Of a stretch of 64,000 nt of DNA, positions 16,169 to 24,134 are shown piece by piece; the stretch's first letter is position 1; each line of letters begins with the position of its first letter. The notes beneath the pieces are model-generated. The model had not been told where the DNA came from and did not search any database. It saw nothing but the letters and a program-made list of their open reading frames with translations. The stretch is from assembly GCA_900317715.1 (NCBI GenBank), contig ONHS01000003.1, positions 7,954 to 71,953 of the forward strand. Direction: 5' to 3'. The translations under genes were made by a program, and so were the position numbers. The DNA comes from an uncultured Bacteroidales bacterium (lineage in GTDB: Bacteria; Bacteroidota; Bacteroidia; Bacteroidales; WCHB1-69).

Positions 16169-17845
16169 ATGAGTAAACGATACATTATTACAATTTTGGC
16201 GGTATGCATGATGGCAACCGCATTCGGCAAAGCCCCCGAAAAGGACGCCGTCTATAAGCTCATTTCCAAGAGCTACACGTTGAACACGGACGGTTCCACA
16301 GAGTTCCGCAAGCGCACGGAGCTGCAGATTTTCACGCGGATGACGTTCGACCATTTCGGGGAGACATTCATCACCTACAACCCTGATTTCCAGGAGCTCA
16401 TCATCAACGAGGCGTACACCATCCGCAAGGACGGCAGTAAGGTGGAGACCCCTGCCAACGCCTTCAACCCGATGCTACCGGACGGCTGCACAAAGTGTGA
16501 GCGGCTCAACGGCATCCGCACGATGGTGGTGACCCACACGGCTTTGGAATACGATGCCCTCATCGTCCTCGACTACACCATCCGCTCCAAGAACTTCTTC
16601 TTCCAAGAGCTGTTGGAAAAGGTGGATTTGCAGGAGGAGGTGCCGGTGGAGAAGTATGTTATCCGTGTGACAATACCAAATTACAAGACCTTGTCTTTAT
16701 CTTTAAATGGTGAACATTCCAAAGTATCTGGTGACGAGAAAGACAATATGATTACCGTCGAAAACACGTTCACTAATCTGCCGGAACGTCCTACTGACGA
16801 TTACATTCAATCAAGAGATTTCTCATCTCTAACATTTTTTACACTGGATAAAGAGGATGATCTAGTCAACAAGATTATGCAGCAAAATTCCATGCAGAAA
16901 TTTGACAACCCGCAAATTATAGACTTCTTCCGCAGCCGTTTTACCGAAGATATATCTGACATGGATAAGGTGCTGTATGTCAGAGATTATATCCATGACA
17001 ATATCCATACTAACCATTTGGATGCCAAAATGTTAAATTATATGTTCGCCTCGCCGCAGCAAGTGTGGGAAAGCAACTGTGCTTTGCCGATAGAAAAGAA
17101 CATTTTATTGGCTGGAGTGCTGCAAAGTTTGGGATATGATGCAGAGCTTGCGTTCAAGAACAACACACTGCCGACCGATTTAGAAACGGTTGTGCGGTTG
17201 CATTACGAATTCAATACTTGGATGTTTACGCACTACATCTCCGCAAATGAGGCAGAAGATTTGAGTTTGGAAGCCTATTTTGCACCTGCCTCGCTTACCC
17301 TACAAAGTGGTAAACTTGAAGAGGTATATGCGCAACCTATCGACATCAATGTGGCATCCGAAATCACCTTTGAAAACGGACAATTGAACGCCCCAAAGGT
17401 GGATGTCACGAAAAAACATGTCTTTTCACCGCTTATGTGCACTTTACAAATGCAGGATGCCAATGTTTCAAAAGTGTCTGTTTCCCCACTCAGCAACAAA
17501 TACTATGAACTGACCATCGATGACGGCAACTACGGCACGCAAATCCAATCTGTAAACATTCACAACGATCGCAATTACGACATCAACACTGGCCAATCCG
17601 ATGAAAAGTACAGCTACACCATCACGCTACCTTCCAACGTCCGTTGCCTGACGAAACCTGTGCACAAAGAAATCACCGTCGAAAACGCCAAATTGCTGAT
17701 TGATGTTCAGATTGATGGTCAGACGGTGAAGATCACACGGCAGTTAAGTCTGCCTCAGGAGGGCATTTCCGCCAAGAACGTGAAGAAGTTCAAGGCGATG
17801 ATGGGAGAGTGGGACGCGCCACTGAAGGTGGTTTTTTCCCTGTAA
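16169..17845 (+). CDS. Exported DUF3857-like protein, paralogue of 13995-15914 with a diverged transglutaminase-like core
   Basis: ATG 16169 gives the signal peptide MSKRYIITILAVCMMATAFG|K. The N-terminal domain resembles the upstream paralogue by eye (Y.L...S.......G......R...ILS/IFT pattern). A possible core Cys lies in WESNCALPIEKNILLAGVLQSLG. There is a sharp GC drop near 16665. Confidence 0.72.
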   Translation: MSKRYIITILAVCMMATAFGKAPEKDAVYKLISKSYTLNTDGSTEFRKRTELQIFTRMTFDHFGETFITYNPDFQELIINEAYTIRKDGSKVETPANAFNPMLPDGCTKCERLNGIRTMVVTHTALEYDALIVLDYTIRSKNFFFQELLEKVDLQEEVPVEKYVIRVTIPNYKTLSLSLNGEHSKVSGDEKDNMITVENTFTNLPERPTDDYIQSRDFSSLTFFTLDKEDDLVNKIMQQNSMQKFDNPQIIDFFRSRFTEDISDMDKVLYVRDYIHDNIHTNHLDAKMLNYMFASPQQVWESNCALPIEKNILLAGVLQSLGYDAELAFKNNTLPTDLETVVRLHYEFNTWMFTHYISANEAEDLSLEAYFAPASLTLQSGKLEEVYAQPIDINVASEITFENGQLNAPKVDVTKKHVFSPLMCTLQMQDANVSKVSVSPLSNKYYELTIDDGNYGTQIQSVNIHNDRNYDINTGQSDEKYSYTITLPSNVRCLTKPVHKEITVENAKLLIDVQIDGQTVKITRQLSLPQEGISAKNVKKFKAMMGEWDAPLKVVFSL

Positions 17846-17855
17846 AGATGTCCAG

Positions 17856-17920
17856 TCTTCCTCTGGTCTTCCTCTGGTGTAACTCTGGTGTAACTCTGGT
17901 GTTCTCTGGTGTAACTCTGA
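17856..17920. repeat. Tandem 11-mer array (TCTTCCTCTGG x2, TGTAACTCTGG x4 degenerate)
   Basis: Read directly. Starts 10 nt after the stop. Confidence 0.9.
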
Positions 17921-17933
17921 TCAAACCATTGTA

Positions 17934-17955
17934 GAGACGTTGCGCGCAACGTCTC
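17934..17955. repeat. Perfect 22-nt palindrome GAGACGTTGCGCGCAACGTCTC (TGTAGAGACG...CGTCTC hairpin family)
   Basis: Read directly. Related hairpins occur at 18024-18047 and 20501-20530. Confidence 0.85.
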
Positions 17956-18016
17956 CACAACGGCACGAAAAGAATGTTTGGATATATTGTTTTTTATTAC
18001 CGATAGATTACATGAT

Positions 18017-18047
18017 AAAAAAAAGAGACGCGATGAATCGCGTCTCT
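18017..18047 (-). terminator. Rho-independent terminator of the DUF975 gene
   Basis: Minus strand: AGAGACGCG-attcat-CGCGTCTCT followed by T8. Lies 19 nt after the stop. Confidence 0.8.
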
Positions 18048-18065
18048 ATTACGGGGACTACCCCA

Positions 18066-18782
18066 TTATTCGGTAACATCCGCAGATGTTTCTTCTTCCT
18101 CAATAGGTGTATTTTCTTCAGCAGGTTCGCTTTCTTCCTCTTCACCCTCAAACTCCGCACGAACCTTTTCGTAGAATTTGAACACGGTCATCTCCATGTA
18201 AGGTTCTAGCCAAAGAAATCCGATGAAGAGTGTGAAAATACAAAGAATGGCCCATCCTAAGAAACTGAGGTAAAGCACAAACAGATCCCATTTGTGACCT
18301 TTCATCATCATGCGGCTCTTTTGGAGCACTTCCGTGGCGGAAAGTTCCGGATTGTCATAGAGCACGAAGGGAACGATGGCGTATGCAAAACAAAGGATGA
18401 TGCCAGGAATAACCAATAGAATAAATCCAGCTATAACGGCCAAAGCCATCAGCACAAATGTTCCTAACACATGCCCGAAACGTTTGTATCCAAGGAACAA
18501 GTCTCCGATGTCGGCGGGCAAATCCTGGCGTGAGGAATTCAAATAGGCAACATAGTAACCAAATTGCAGCGGCAAGGCCAAAATCGTCAACAAAACGCCT
18601 GACCCCGTCATTATCACGGCCAGCGTAGTGAATGAACTACCCGTGAAAATTTCGCCAAACTGTGTGGTACTGGAGGCTATACCGGCCAACAGAATGTACA
18701 AAAACGTGAGTCCCACAAATGAACCCCATTTACCTCTTAATGTGGCTAAAGCTTCTTCTTTTAAATCGTTGATTTTTCCCAT
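18066..18782 (-). CDS. DUF975-family integral membrane protein with an acidic C-terminal tail
   Basis: ATG start. N-terminus ALATLRGKWGSFVGLTFLYILLAG and 4-5 TM segments, typical of DUF975. C-terminal tail is E-rich. Confidence 0.7.
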   Translation of the reverse strand: MGKINDLKEEALATLRGKWGSFVGLTFLYILLAGIASSTTQFGEIFTGSSFTTLAVIMTGSGVLLTILALPLQFGYYVAYLNSSRQDLPADIGDLFLGYKRFGHVLGTFVLMALAVIAGFILLVIPGIILCFAYAIVPFVLYDNPELSATEVLQKSRMMMKGHKWDLFVLYLSFLGWAILCIFTLFIGFLWLEPYMEMTVFKFYEKVRAEFEGEEEESEPAEENTPIEEEETSADVTE

Positions 18783-18798
18783 AATATTTGATATTTTT

Positions 18799-18811
18799 AT
18801 TGATAATCAAT
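18799..18811. promoter_or_regulatory. 13-bp perfect palindrome ATTGAT-A-ATCAAT in the DUF975 leader
   Basis: Lies 16 nt from ATG 18782. A 12/13 copy lies at 19015-19027, 16 nt from ATG 19044. Confidence 0.4.
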
Positions 18812-18818
18812 TTTGACG

Positions 18819-18826
18819 CAAAAATA
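18819..18826 (-). promoter_or_regulatory. -7 promoter box TATTTTTG (minus strand) for the DUF975 gene
   Basis: Exact TAnnTTTG 37 nt upstream of ATG 18782. Confidence 0.5.
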
Positions 18827-18968
18827 CAAAATCTTCCAAACACATTTAAGGATGCAAAAATAGCAAAAGGTTGCAGAAAAACGAAAAAAAAATTTTCACT
18901 TTTCGTTATCAACACTTTTTGTTCAAAAAAAAATCCACTTTTTTTTGCCCGCTTTTTTAGAAAAAAAA

Positions 18969-18976
18969 TATTTTTG
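18969..18976 (+). promoter_or_regulatory. -7 promoter box TATTTTTG for the PurF-like gene
   Basis: Exact TAnnTTTG preceded by an A8 run. Lies 68 nt upstream of ATG 19044. Confidence 0.5.
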
Positions 18977-19014
18977 CAACCCGTTGGAAGCAATGATTTT
19001 CTAACACTCATCTT

Positions 19015-19027
19015 ATTAATAATCAAT
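19015..19027. promoter_or_regulatory. Near-palindrome ATTAAT-A-ATCAAT in the PurF-like leader
   Basis: 12/13 identical to 18799-18811, with identical spacing to the start codon. Confidence 0.4.
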
Positions 19028-19043
19028 TAAAAACATCAAAATT

Positions 19044-20456
19044 ATGGGTGGATTTTTCGGGGTTGTTTCAACCAAACCTTGCATATCAGATTTATTTTAC
19101 GGGGTGGACTATCACTCTCATCTCGGAACAAGACGCGGCGGAATAGTTACGTATCAACAAGATGCAAAGCTTTTCCGCCGCTCTATTCATAACATAGAAA
19201 ATACCTATTTCCGGACCAAGTTCGGCGACGAACTGGGAAAATTCCAGGGCGAATCCGGTATAGGTGTTATCAGCGACACAGACGCGCAACCTATCGTGGT
19301 GAACTCCCACCTTGGCCGCTTTGCCATCACAACGGTGGCGAAAATCAACAACGTCGCAGAATTGGAGAAGGAATGTCTGGATGCCAACCAACAATTCACC
19401 GAATTGAGCTCCGGCGCCACGAATCCCACAGAGCTCGTGGCTTTGATGATTACACGGAAACATGATTTCGTGGAAGGCATACAATATGTATATAGTAAGA
19501 TTAAGGGTTCTTGCTCCATGCTGATCCTGACGGAAGACGGCATCATTGCCGCACGCGACTACTACGGCCGCACGCCCATCGTCATCGGCAAAAACCACGT
19601 CGGTTACGCAATTGCCTCCGAAAACCACAGCTTCGCCAACCTCGACTATGAAACTGAGTATTTCGTGGGTCCCGGCGAAATCGTGAAAGTGACGGCCAAC
19701 GGTTACCAACAGATGCTCGCTCCGAACGACAAGATGCAAATCTGCTCCTTCCTGTGGATTTACTATGGCTATCCTTCAGTGAATTACGAGGATATCAACG
19801 TCGAAAGCGCTCGTTATCGCCTCGGCTACGCCATGGGCAAATCCGATGACACAGAGGTTGATTTCGTGGCCCCCATTCCCGACTCTGGTATCGGCATGGC
19901 CATCGGCTACTCCAACGGCAAGCAAATCCCCTACCAACGTGGCATCGTGAAATACACGCCCACTTGGTCACGTAGCTTTATGCCCTCCAACCAAGAGCAA
20001 CGTGAGCATGTGGCGAAGATGAAACTGCTGCCTAACAGAGACTTACTGAAAGGCAAACGCGTGGTTTTCTGCGACGACTCCATCGTGCGCGGCACGCAAT
20101 TGCGCGACAATGTGAAGATGATGTACGAATACGGCGCCAAGGAGGTGCACATCCGTATCAGCTGTCCACCCCTGCTCTACGGCTGTGAATTCCTCAACTT
20201 CTCCGCTTCCAAAAACGTGTTGGAGCTCATCACCCGCCGCGTCATCAAAGAACTCGAGGGCGACGACAACAAGAATCTGCAACGCTACATGGACAGCACC
20301 ACGAAGGAATATGCCAACATGGTGGAAATCATCCGCAAACATCTCGGCGTTGACACCTTGAAATTCAACACTTTAGACACTATCACCAACTCCATCGGAC
20401 TTCCCAAGGATCGCATCTGCACCCATTGCTTCGACGGCTCTTCCTTTGGTTTCTAA
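19044..20456 (+). CDS. Amidophosphoribosyltransferase-like protein (class II amidotransferase fold plus PRTase) lacking the N-terminal catalytic Cys
   Basis: ATG start. N-terminus is MGGFFGV where PurF has MCG. PRPP-binding motif VVFCDDSIVRGTQL present. Overall PurF-like length of 470 aa. Confidence 0.75.
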   Translation: MGGFFGVVSTKPCISDLFYGVDYHSHLGTRRGGIVTYQQDAKLFRRSIHNIENTYFRTKFGDELGKFQGESGIGVISDTDAQPIVVNSHLGRFAITTVAKINNVAELEKECLDANQQFTELSSGATNPTELVALMITRKHDFVEGIQYVYSKIKGSCSMLILTEDGIIAARDYYGRTPIVIGKNHVGYAIASENHSFANLDYETEYFVGPGEIVKVTANGYQQMLAPNDKMQICSFLWIYYGYPSVNYEDINVESARYRLGYAMGKSDDTEVDFVAPIPDSGIGMAIGYSNGKQIPYQRGIVKYTPTWSRSFMPSNQEQREHVAKMKLLPNRDLLKGKRVVFCDDSIVRGTQLRDNVKMMYEYGAKEVHIRISCPPLLYGCEFLNFSASKNVLELITRRVIKELEGDDNKNLQRYMDSTTKEYANMVEIIRKHLGVDTLKFNTLDTITNSIGLPKDRICTHCFDGSSFGF

Positions 20457-20500
20457 CAGCTACTTCCACATCGAATATCCACAAATATTATAATTTTCCT

Positions 20501-20530
20501 TGTAGAGACGGTGAGCGCACCGTCTCTACA
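20501..20530 (+). terminator. 13-bp perfect hairpin TGTAGAGACGGTG-agcg-CACCGTCTCTACA, a possible terminator without a U tract
   Basis: Lies 45 nt after the stop at 20456. Member of the TGTAGAGACG hairpin family. Confidence 0.45.
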
Positions 20531-20550
20531 ATTGTTATAAAAGACAAATT

Positions 20551-21198
20551 ATGGCCACAGATAATTTTCTCCTTCTCGGACAAAAGAAACGGATGATCGA
20601 ACAGTTGCGACAAAAGGGCATCACGGATGAAAACGTGCTCCAGGCGTTCGACAAAATGGAACGGCACCGGTTCTTGGAATCTCTGTTGTGGCCACAGGCC
20701 TACGAAGACATCGCCATCAAGCTCACCACCGACCAAACCATCTCCAAGCCTTCCACCGTGGCATTTCAATCCCAACTGCTGGAAGTCTCAAAAGGGACAA
20801 AAGTACTGGAAATCGGCACCGGCTCGGGCTTCCAAGCCGCCATTTTGTACGCCATGGGCGCGAAAGTTTATACGGTTGAGCGTCAAATCGCCTTGTTCAA
20901 GCGCACGAAACCACTGCTGGAGAAGCTCGCACCATCGGTCGTCACCTACTACGGCGACGGTTTTAAAGGCTATCCGCAATTCGCGCCTTACGACCGCGTG
21001 ATTGTGACGTGTGGCGCCCCCGACATCCCGCAGGCACTTCTCGACCAGCTTGTTATAGGTGGCATCATGGTCATCCCCGTCGGCACGGAGTCCCAAATCA
21101 TGAAGAAAATTGTAAAAATCAGCGACACAGAGTACGAAGAAACCGATTATGGGGATTTTCTCTTCGTCCCGATGCTGAAAGAGCGCGTGAGAAAATAA
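20551..21198 (+). CDS. pcm: Protein-L-isoaspartate O-methyltransferase
   Basis: SAM-binding motif VLEIGTGSGFQAAIL plus DRVIVTCGAPDIPQALLDQL..GGIMVIPVG. Confidence 0.9.
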   Translation: MATDNFLLLGQKKRMIEQLRQKGITDENVLQAFDKMERHRFLESLLWPQAYEDIAIKLTTDQTISKPSTVAFQSQLLEVSKGTKVLEIGTGSGFQAAILYAMGAKVYTVERQIALFKRTKPLLEKLAPSVVTYYGDGFKGYPQFAPYDRVIVTCGAPDIPQALLDQLVIGGIMVIPVGTESQIMKKIVKISDTEYEETDYGDFLFVPMLKERVRK

Positions 21199-21206
21199 TC
21201 GACAGA

Positions 21207-21608
21207 TTACTCGGTGTAATCGCTGACACCCGAAGCGGTAAACTTCGCGGACGCAACTGTGCGATACGAGCCATCCGCATTCACCGTGGCAATACCATAT
21301 ACAAAAAAGTCCGGGTCCTTAAGCAGCGAAGAGAGATACGGTATGTCAATTTTTGCCATTTGCTCTTGAAAATAATTTCTCGCTTGTGCGTCGTTTTCAG
21401 ATAGAGAAGCACTCTCAAATTCAACACTCTCGTTGAAACTCACATTCTCTTTGAAGTATTTTTCAATTGCCTGCCAATCAGACCCTTCCACAGAACCATA
21501 TTGGTAAGCCATACATCCGATTGTATATTTAGTGACCACCGGTTCCTGCTTGCAAGCACCCAAAACCAGCGACAAACACACGACAACTGCAAAAACGATT
21601 TTTTTCAT
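21207..21608 (-). CDS. Hypothetical lipoprotein (133 aa)
   Basis: The track ORF extends to 21731. The internal ATG at 21608 gives MKKIVFAVVVCLSLVLGAC, a lipobox, and is preceded by a -7 box. Function unknown. Confidence 0.6.
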   Translation of the reverse strand: MKKIVFAVVVCLSLVLGACKQEPVVTKYTIGCMAYQYGSVEGSDWQAIEKYFKENVSFNESVEFESASLSENDAQARNYFQEQMAKIDIPYLSSLLKDPDFFVYGIATVNADGSYRTVASAKFTASGVSDYTE

Positions 21609-21633
21609 CTTTAATATTTTACGTAACAATTTG

Positions 21634-21641
21634 CAAAAATA
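21634..21641 (-). promoter_or_regulatory. -7 promoter box TATTTTTG (minus strand)
   Basis: Exact TAnnTTTG 26 nt upstream of ATG 21608. Supports the shorter start. Confidence 0.5.
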
Positions 21642-21697
21642 GCAGTTTCCCATCAAAAAGAATGTGACTTTTGAAGATATAATTAACATCTTTTTGT

Positions 21698-21705
21698 TAC
21701 TTTTG
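21698..21705 (+). promoter_or_regulatory. -7 promoter box TACTTTTG
   Basis: Exact TAnnTTTG 21 nt upstream of ATG 21726. Confidence 0.5.
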
Positions 21706-21725
21706 CAGCTTAAAAATGAAGAGTT

Positions 21726-22439
21726 ATGCAAGTTACCGGTTTTTTATTCGCCGCAGGATTAGGCACGAGACTTTATCCCTTAACTGCCTCTAAGCCAAAG
21801 GCTTTGGTGCGCTATCAAGGTAAAACATTGTTAGACAATGCCATAGAGAAGCTTTTGGATGCCGGTGTCACAGACATCATCGTCAACATCCATCATTTCG
21901 CAGACATGATGATGGAGGCGATTCTTCATCATCCGTATGCGAACCGCATCCGCATTTCCGACGAGCGCGCCTACCTACGCGACACGGCCGGCGGGGTGAA
22001 GTTTGCCGAACCCCTTTGGGATAAAAGCGACTTGCTGCTACTCTATAATGTTGATATTCTGTCAGATATAGACTTGAAAAAACTCATTGACTATCATATT
22101 GATCAACAGGCAGAAGCCACTTTAGCCGTTCGTAATCGTTCCACGCAACGCTATTTTCTCTTCGACCCTGATCAAAACCAACTCTGCGGCTGGCAAAATG
22201 TGAAGACCGGCGAAAGAATCGATGTCCGGGAAACAGGAAATACAAAGCCTTTGGCTTTCAGCGGAATACATGTTATGAACAGAAAACTCGCCCAAAACAT
22301 CCCTTCTGTAGAAAAATCTTCCATCACACAATTCTATCTTTCCATGGCCGCAAACCACCGCATTCTGGGTTATGAACACAATGAAGACCACTGGCAGGAT
22401 GTCGGGAAATTTGAAGAGTTTCGTAACTTGTTGTCATAG
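21726..22439 (+). CDS. Sugar-1-phosphate nucleotidyltransferase (MurU-like NTP-transferase family)
   Basis: N-terminal AAGLGTRLYPLTASKPKALV glycine-rich loop of the NTP_transferase fold. About 237 aa. Confidence 0.7.
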   Translation: MQVTGFLFAAGLGTRLYPLTASKPKALVRYQGKTLLDNAIEKLLDAGVTDIIVNIHHFADMMMEAILHHPYANRIRISDERAYLRDTAGGVKFAEPLWDKSDLLLLYNVDILSDIDLKKLIDYHIDQQAEATLAVRNRSTQRYFLFDPDQNQLCGWQNVKTGERIDVRETGNTKPLAFSGIHVMNRKLAQNIPSVEKSSITQFYLSMAANHRILGYEHNEDHWQDVGKFEEFRNLLS

Positions 22440-22526
22440 CCGAATTTACGATTCGATATTTTTTCTATACTCTTTTTTTTCAAAAAATCAAGAGGCGAAA
22501 AATATTTTTTTTAACTTTTTTTTTGT

Positions 22527-22534
22527 TAATTTTG
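22527..22534 (+). promoter_or_regulatory. -7 promoter box TAATTTTG for dnaA
   Basis: Exact TAnnTTTG in an AT-rich, T-run-rich spacer. Lies 87 nt upstream of ATG 22621. Confidence 0.45.
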
Positions 22535-22620
22535 CGAGTTGAAATTTTGAGAAGATACCTTTCTCTAATAAGCTCTATTAAAGGATTATAGATTTTATAA
22601 ACAGAAGTTGAAACTGCAAA

Positions 22621-24078
22621 ATGGAAAAAGAGATACCCTCTACTATATCGGTCTGGGAAAGTTGTTTGGAAATCATCAGGGATACGGTTTCCCCTGAGGT
22701 GTTTGCCACTATTTTCGAGCCAATCAATGCTGTGTCCTTGGAGAACAAAATGCTCACGTTGGAACTGCCAAGTCTCTGGTACAAAGAGATTCTCGAGGAA
22801 CAATACGTTGATTTGCTTCGCACAGCCATCCGCAAACTGCTGGGCAACGACGCGAAGTTACGCTACAAAGTGCTCATGGAACGTGGTCAATCCCCCGCGC
22901 AAAACGCTTCCATCACCATCTCCTCCACTTCCCGCAAAGCGGTGAAGAACCCTTTGATGATGCCCCCGCTGGATGTCAACGCTATGGACCGCAAAGATAT
23001 CCCCGGACCGTTCATCGTACCCGGAATCAAGAAACAGCGCATCCCTTCCAACCTCTCCGAGACCCTCACTTTCGACAATTATGTGGTGGGCGACTGCAAC
23101 CGTCTGGCCTGCGCCGCCGGCATGTCCATCGCCAAAGCCCCCGGCCAAACGCCTTTCAACCCTCTCTTCATCTACTCCGAAGTTGGATTAGGTAAAACAC
23201 ACTTAGTCAACGCAATAGGTATCCAAACCAAGATCAACTTCCCCGATAAAATCGTCATCTACGTCAGCGCCGACACCTTCTACCAACAGTACATGGAGGC
23301 CGTCAAAAGCGATAACCTCAACGATTTCTACTGGTTCTACGAAGCGGTGGATATGTTGATCATCGACGACATCCAATTCATCTCCGGCAATAAAACAAAG
23401 ACGCAAGAAGCTTTCTTCCAGATATTTAACCATCTGCATCAGCTCAAGAAGCAGATCATCATGACCTCCGACAAATCGCCGGTGGACATCACCGGTTTTG
23501 AACCTCGTCTGCTAAACCGCTTCAAATGGGGTCTCGCTACCGACCTGCAAGTACCTGATTTAGAGACTCGTACCGCCATTATCACCAAGAAACTGGAAAA
23601 CAACGGCATCGAATTCTCGAAAGAGGTGATCGACTATCTGGCGTTGCGCATCACCGCCAACACCCGCGAACTGGAAGGCGCCATGATCGCTATATTGGCG
23701 CAAGCTTCCCTCAATCACCGCGACATCACCCTCGATCTCGCCCGCGAAATGGTGGACAAATACGTCAAATCCACCGCCAAGGAAATCTCTATCGAGTACA
23801 TCCAGAAAATCGTATGCGACTATTTCGGCTTCTCCGTGGATGCCATCAACGCCAAGACCCGCAAGCGCGAAATCGTGCAAGTACGCCAAATCAGCATGTA
23901 CTTCGCCAAAAAATACACGCATCTGCCCCTCTCCGTCATCGGAGCCTACTGCGGAAACAAGGACCACGCAACGGTTTTGCACGCCTGCCGCACCATCCGA
24001 AACCTCAGTGAGACAGACAAAAAGATGAAACAATATATTTCAGATATTGATAAAAAAATGAAAATTGGAAATATATAG
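22621..24078 (+). CDS. dnaA: Chromosomal replication initiator protein DnaA
   Basis: AAA+ Walker A (EVGLGKTHL), Walker B (LIIDDIQF) and the domain IV motif (DHATVLHACRTI). Confidence 0.95.
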   Translation: MEKEIPSTISVWESCLEIIRDTVSPEVFATIFEPINAVSLENKMLTLELPSLWYKEILEEQYVDLLRTAIRKLLGNDAKLRYKVLMERGQSPAQNASITISSTSRKAVKNPLMMPPLDVNAMDRKDIPGPFIVPGIKKQRIPSNLSETLTFDNYVVGDCNRLACAAGMSIAKAPGQTPFNPLFIYSEVGLGKTHLVNAIGIQTKINFPDKIVIYVSADTFYQQYMEAVKSDNLNDFYWFYEAVDMLIIDDIQFISGNKTKTQEAFFQIFNHLHQLKKQIIMTSDKSPVDITGFEPRLLNRFKWGLATDLQVPDLETRTAIITKKLENNGIEFSKEVIDYLALRITANTRELEGAMIAILAQASLNHRDITLDLAREMVDKYVKSTAKEISIEYIQKIVCDYFGFSVDAINAKTRKREIVQVRQISMYFAKKYTHLPLSVIGAYCGNKDHATVLHACRTIRNLSETDKKMKQYISDIDKKMKIGNI

Positions 24079-24100
24079 ATGTTTTGTAAAAAATAATACT

Positions 24101-24108
24101 TATATTTG
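24101..24108 (+). promoter_or_regulatory. -7 promoter box TATATTTG for recJ
   Basis: Exact TAnnTTTG 27 nt upstream of ATG 24135. Confidence 0.5.
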
Positions 24109-24134
24109 CAGCCTCGAATAATAGCATCATTAAG

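Noticed and set aside
22440-22620. oriC immediately upstream of dnaA. A single box-like ATATCCACA occurs at about 20476 and a TTATCCACT inside a gene at about 27425.
   Set aside because: The AT-rich spacer has no cluster of TTATCCACA-like DnaA boxes. Isolated 8/9 matches are expected by chance, so I cannot support an origin call here.
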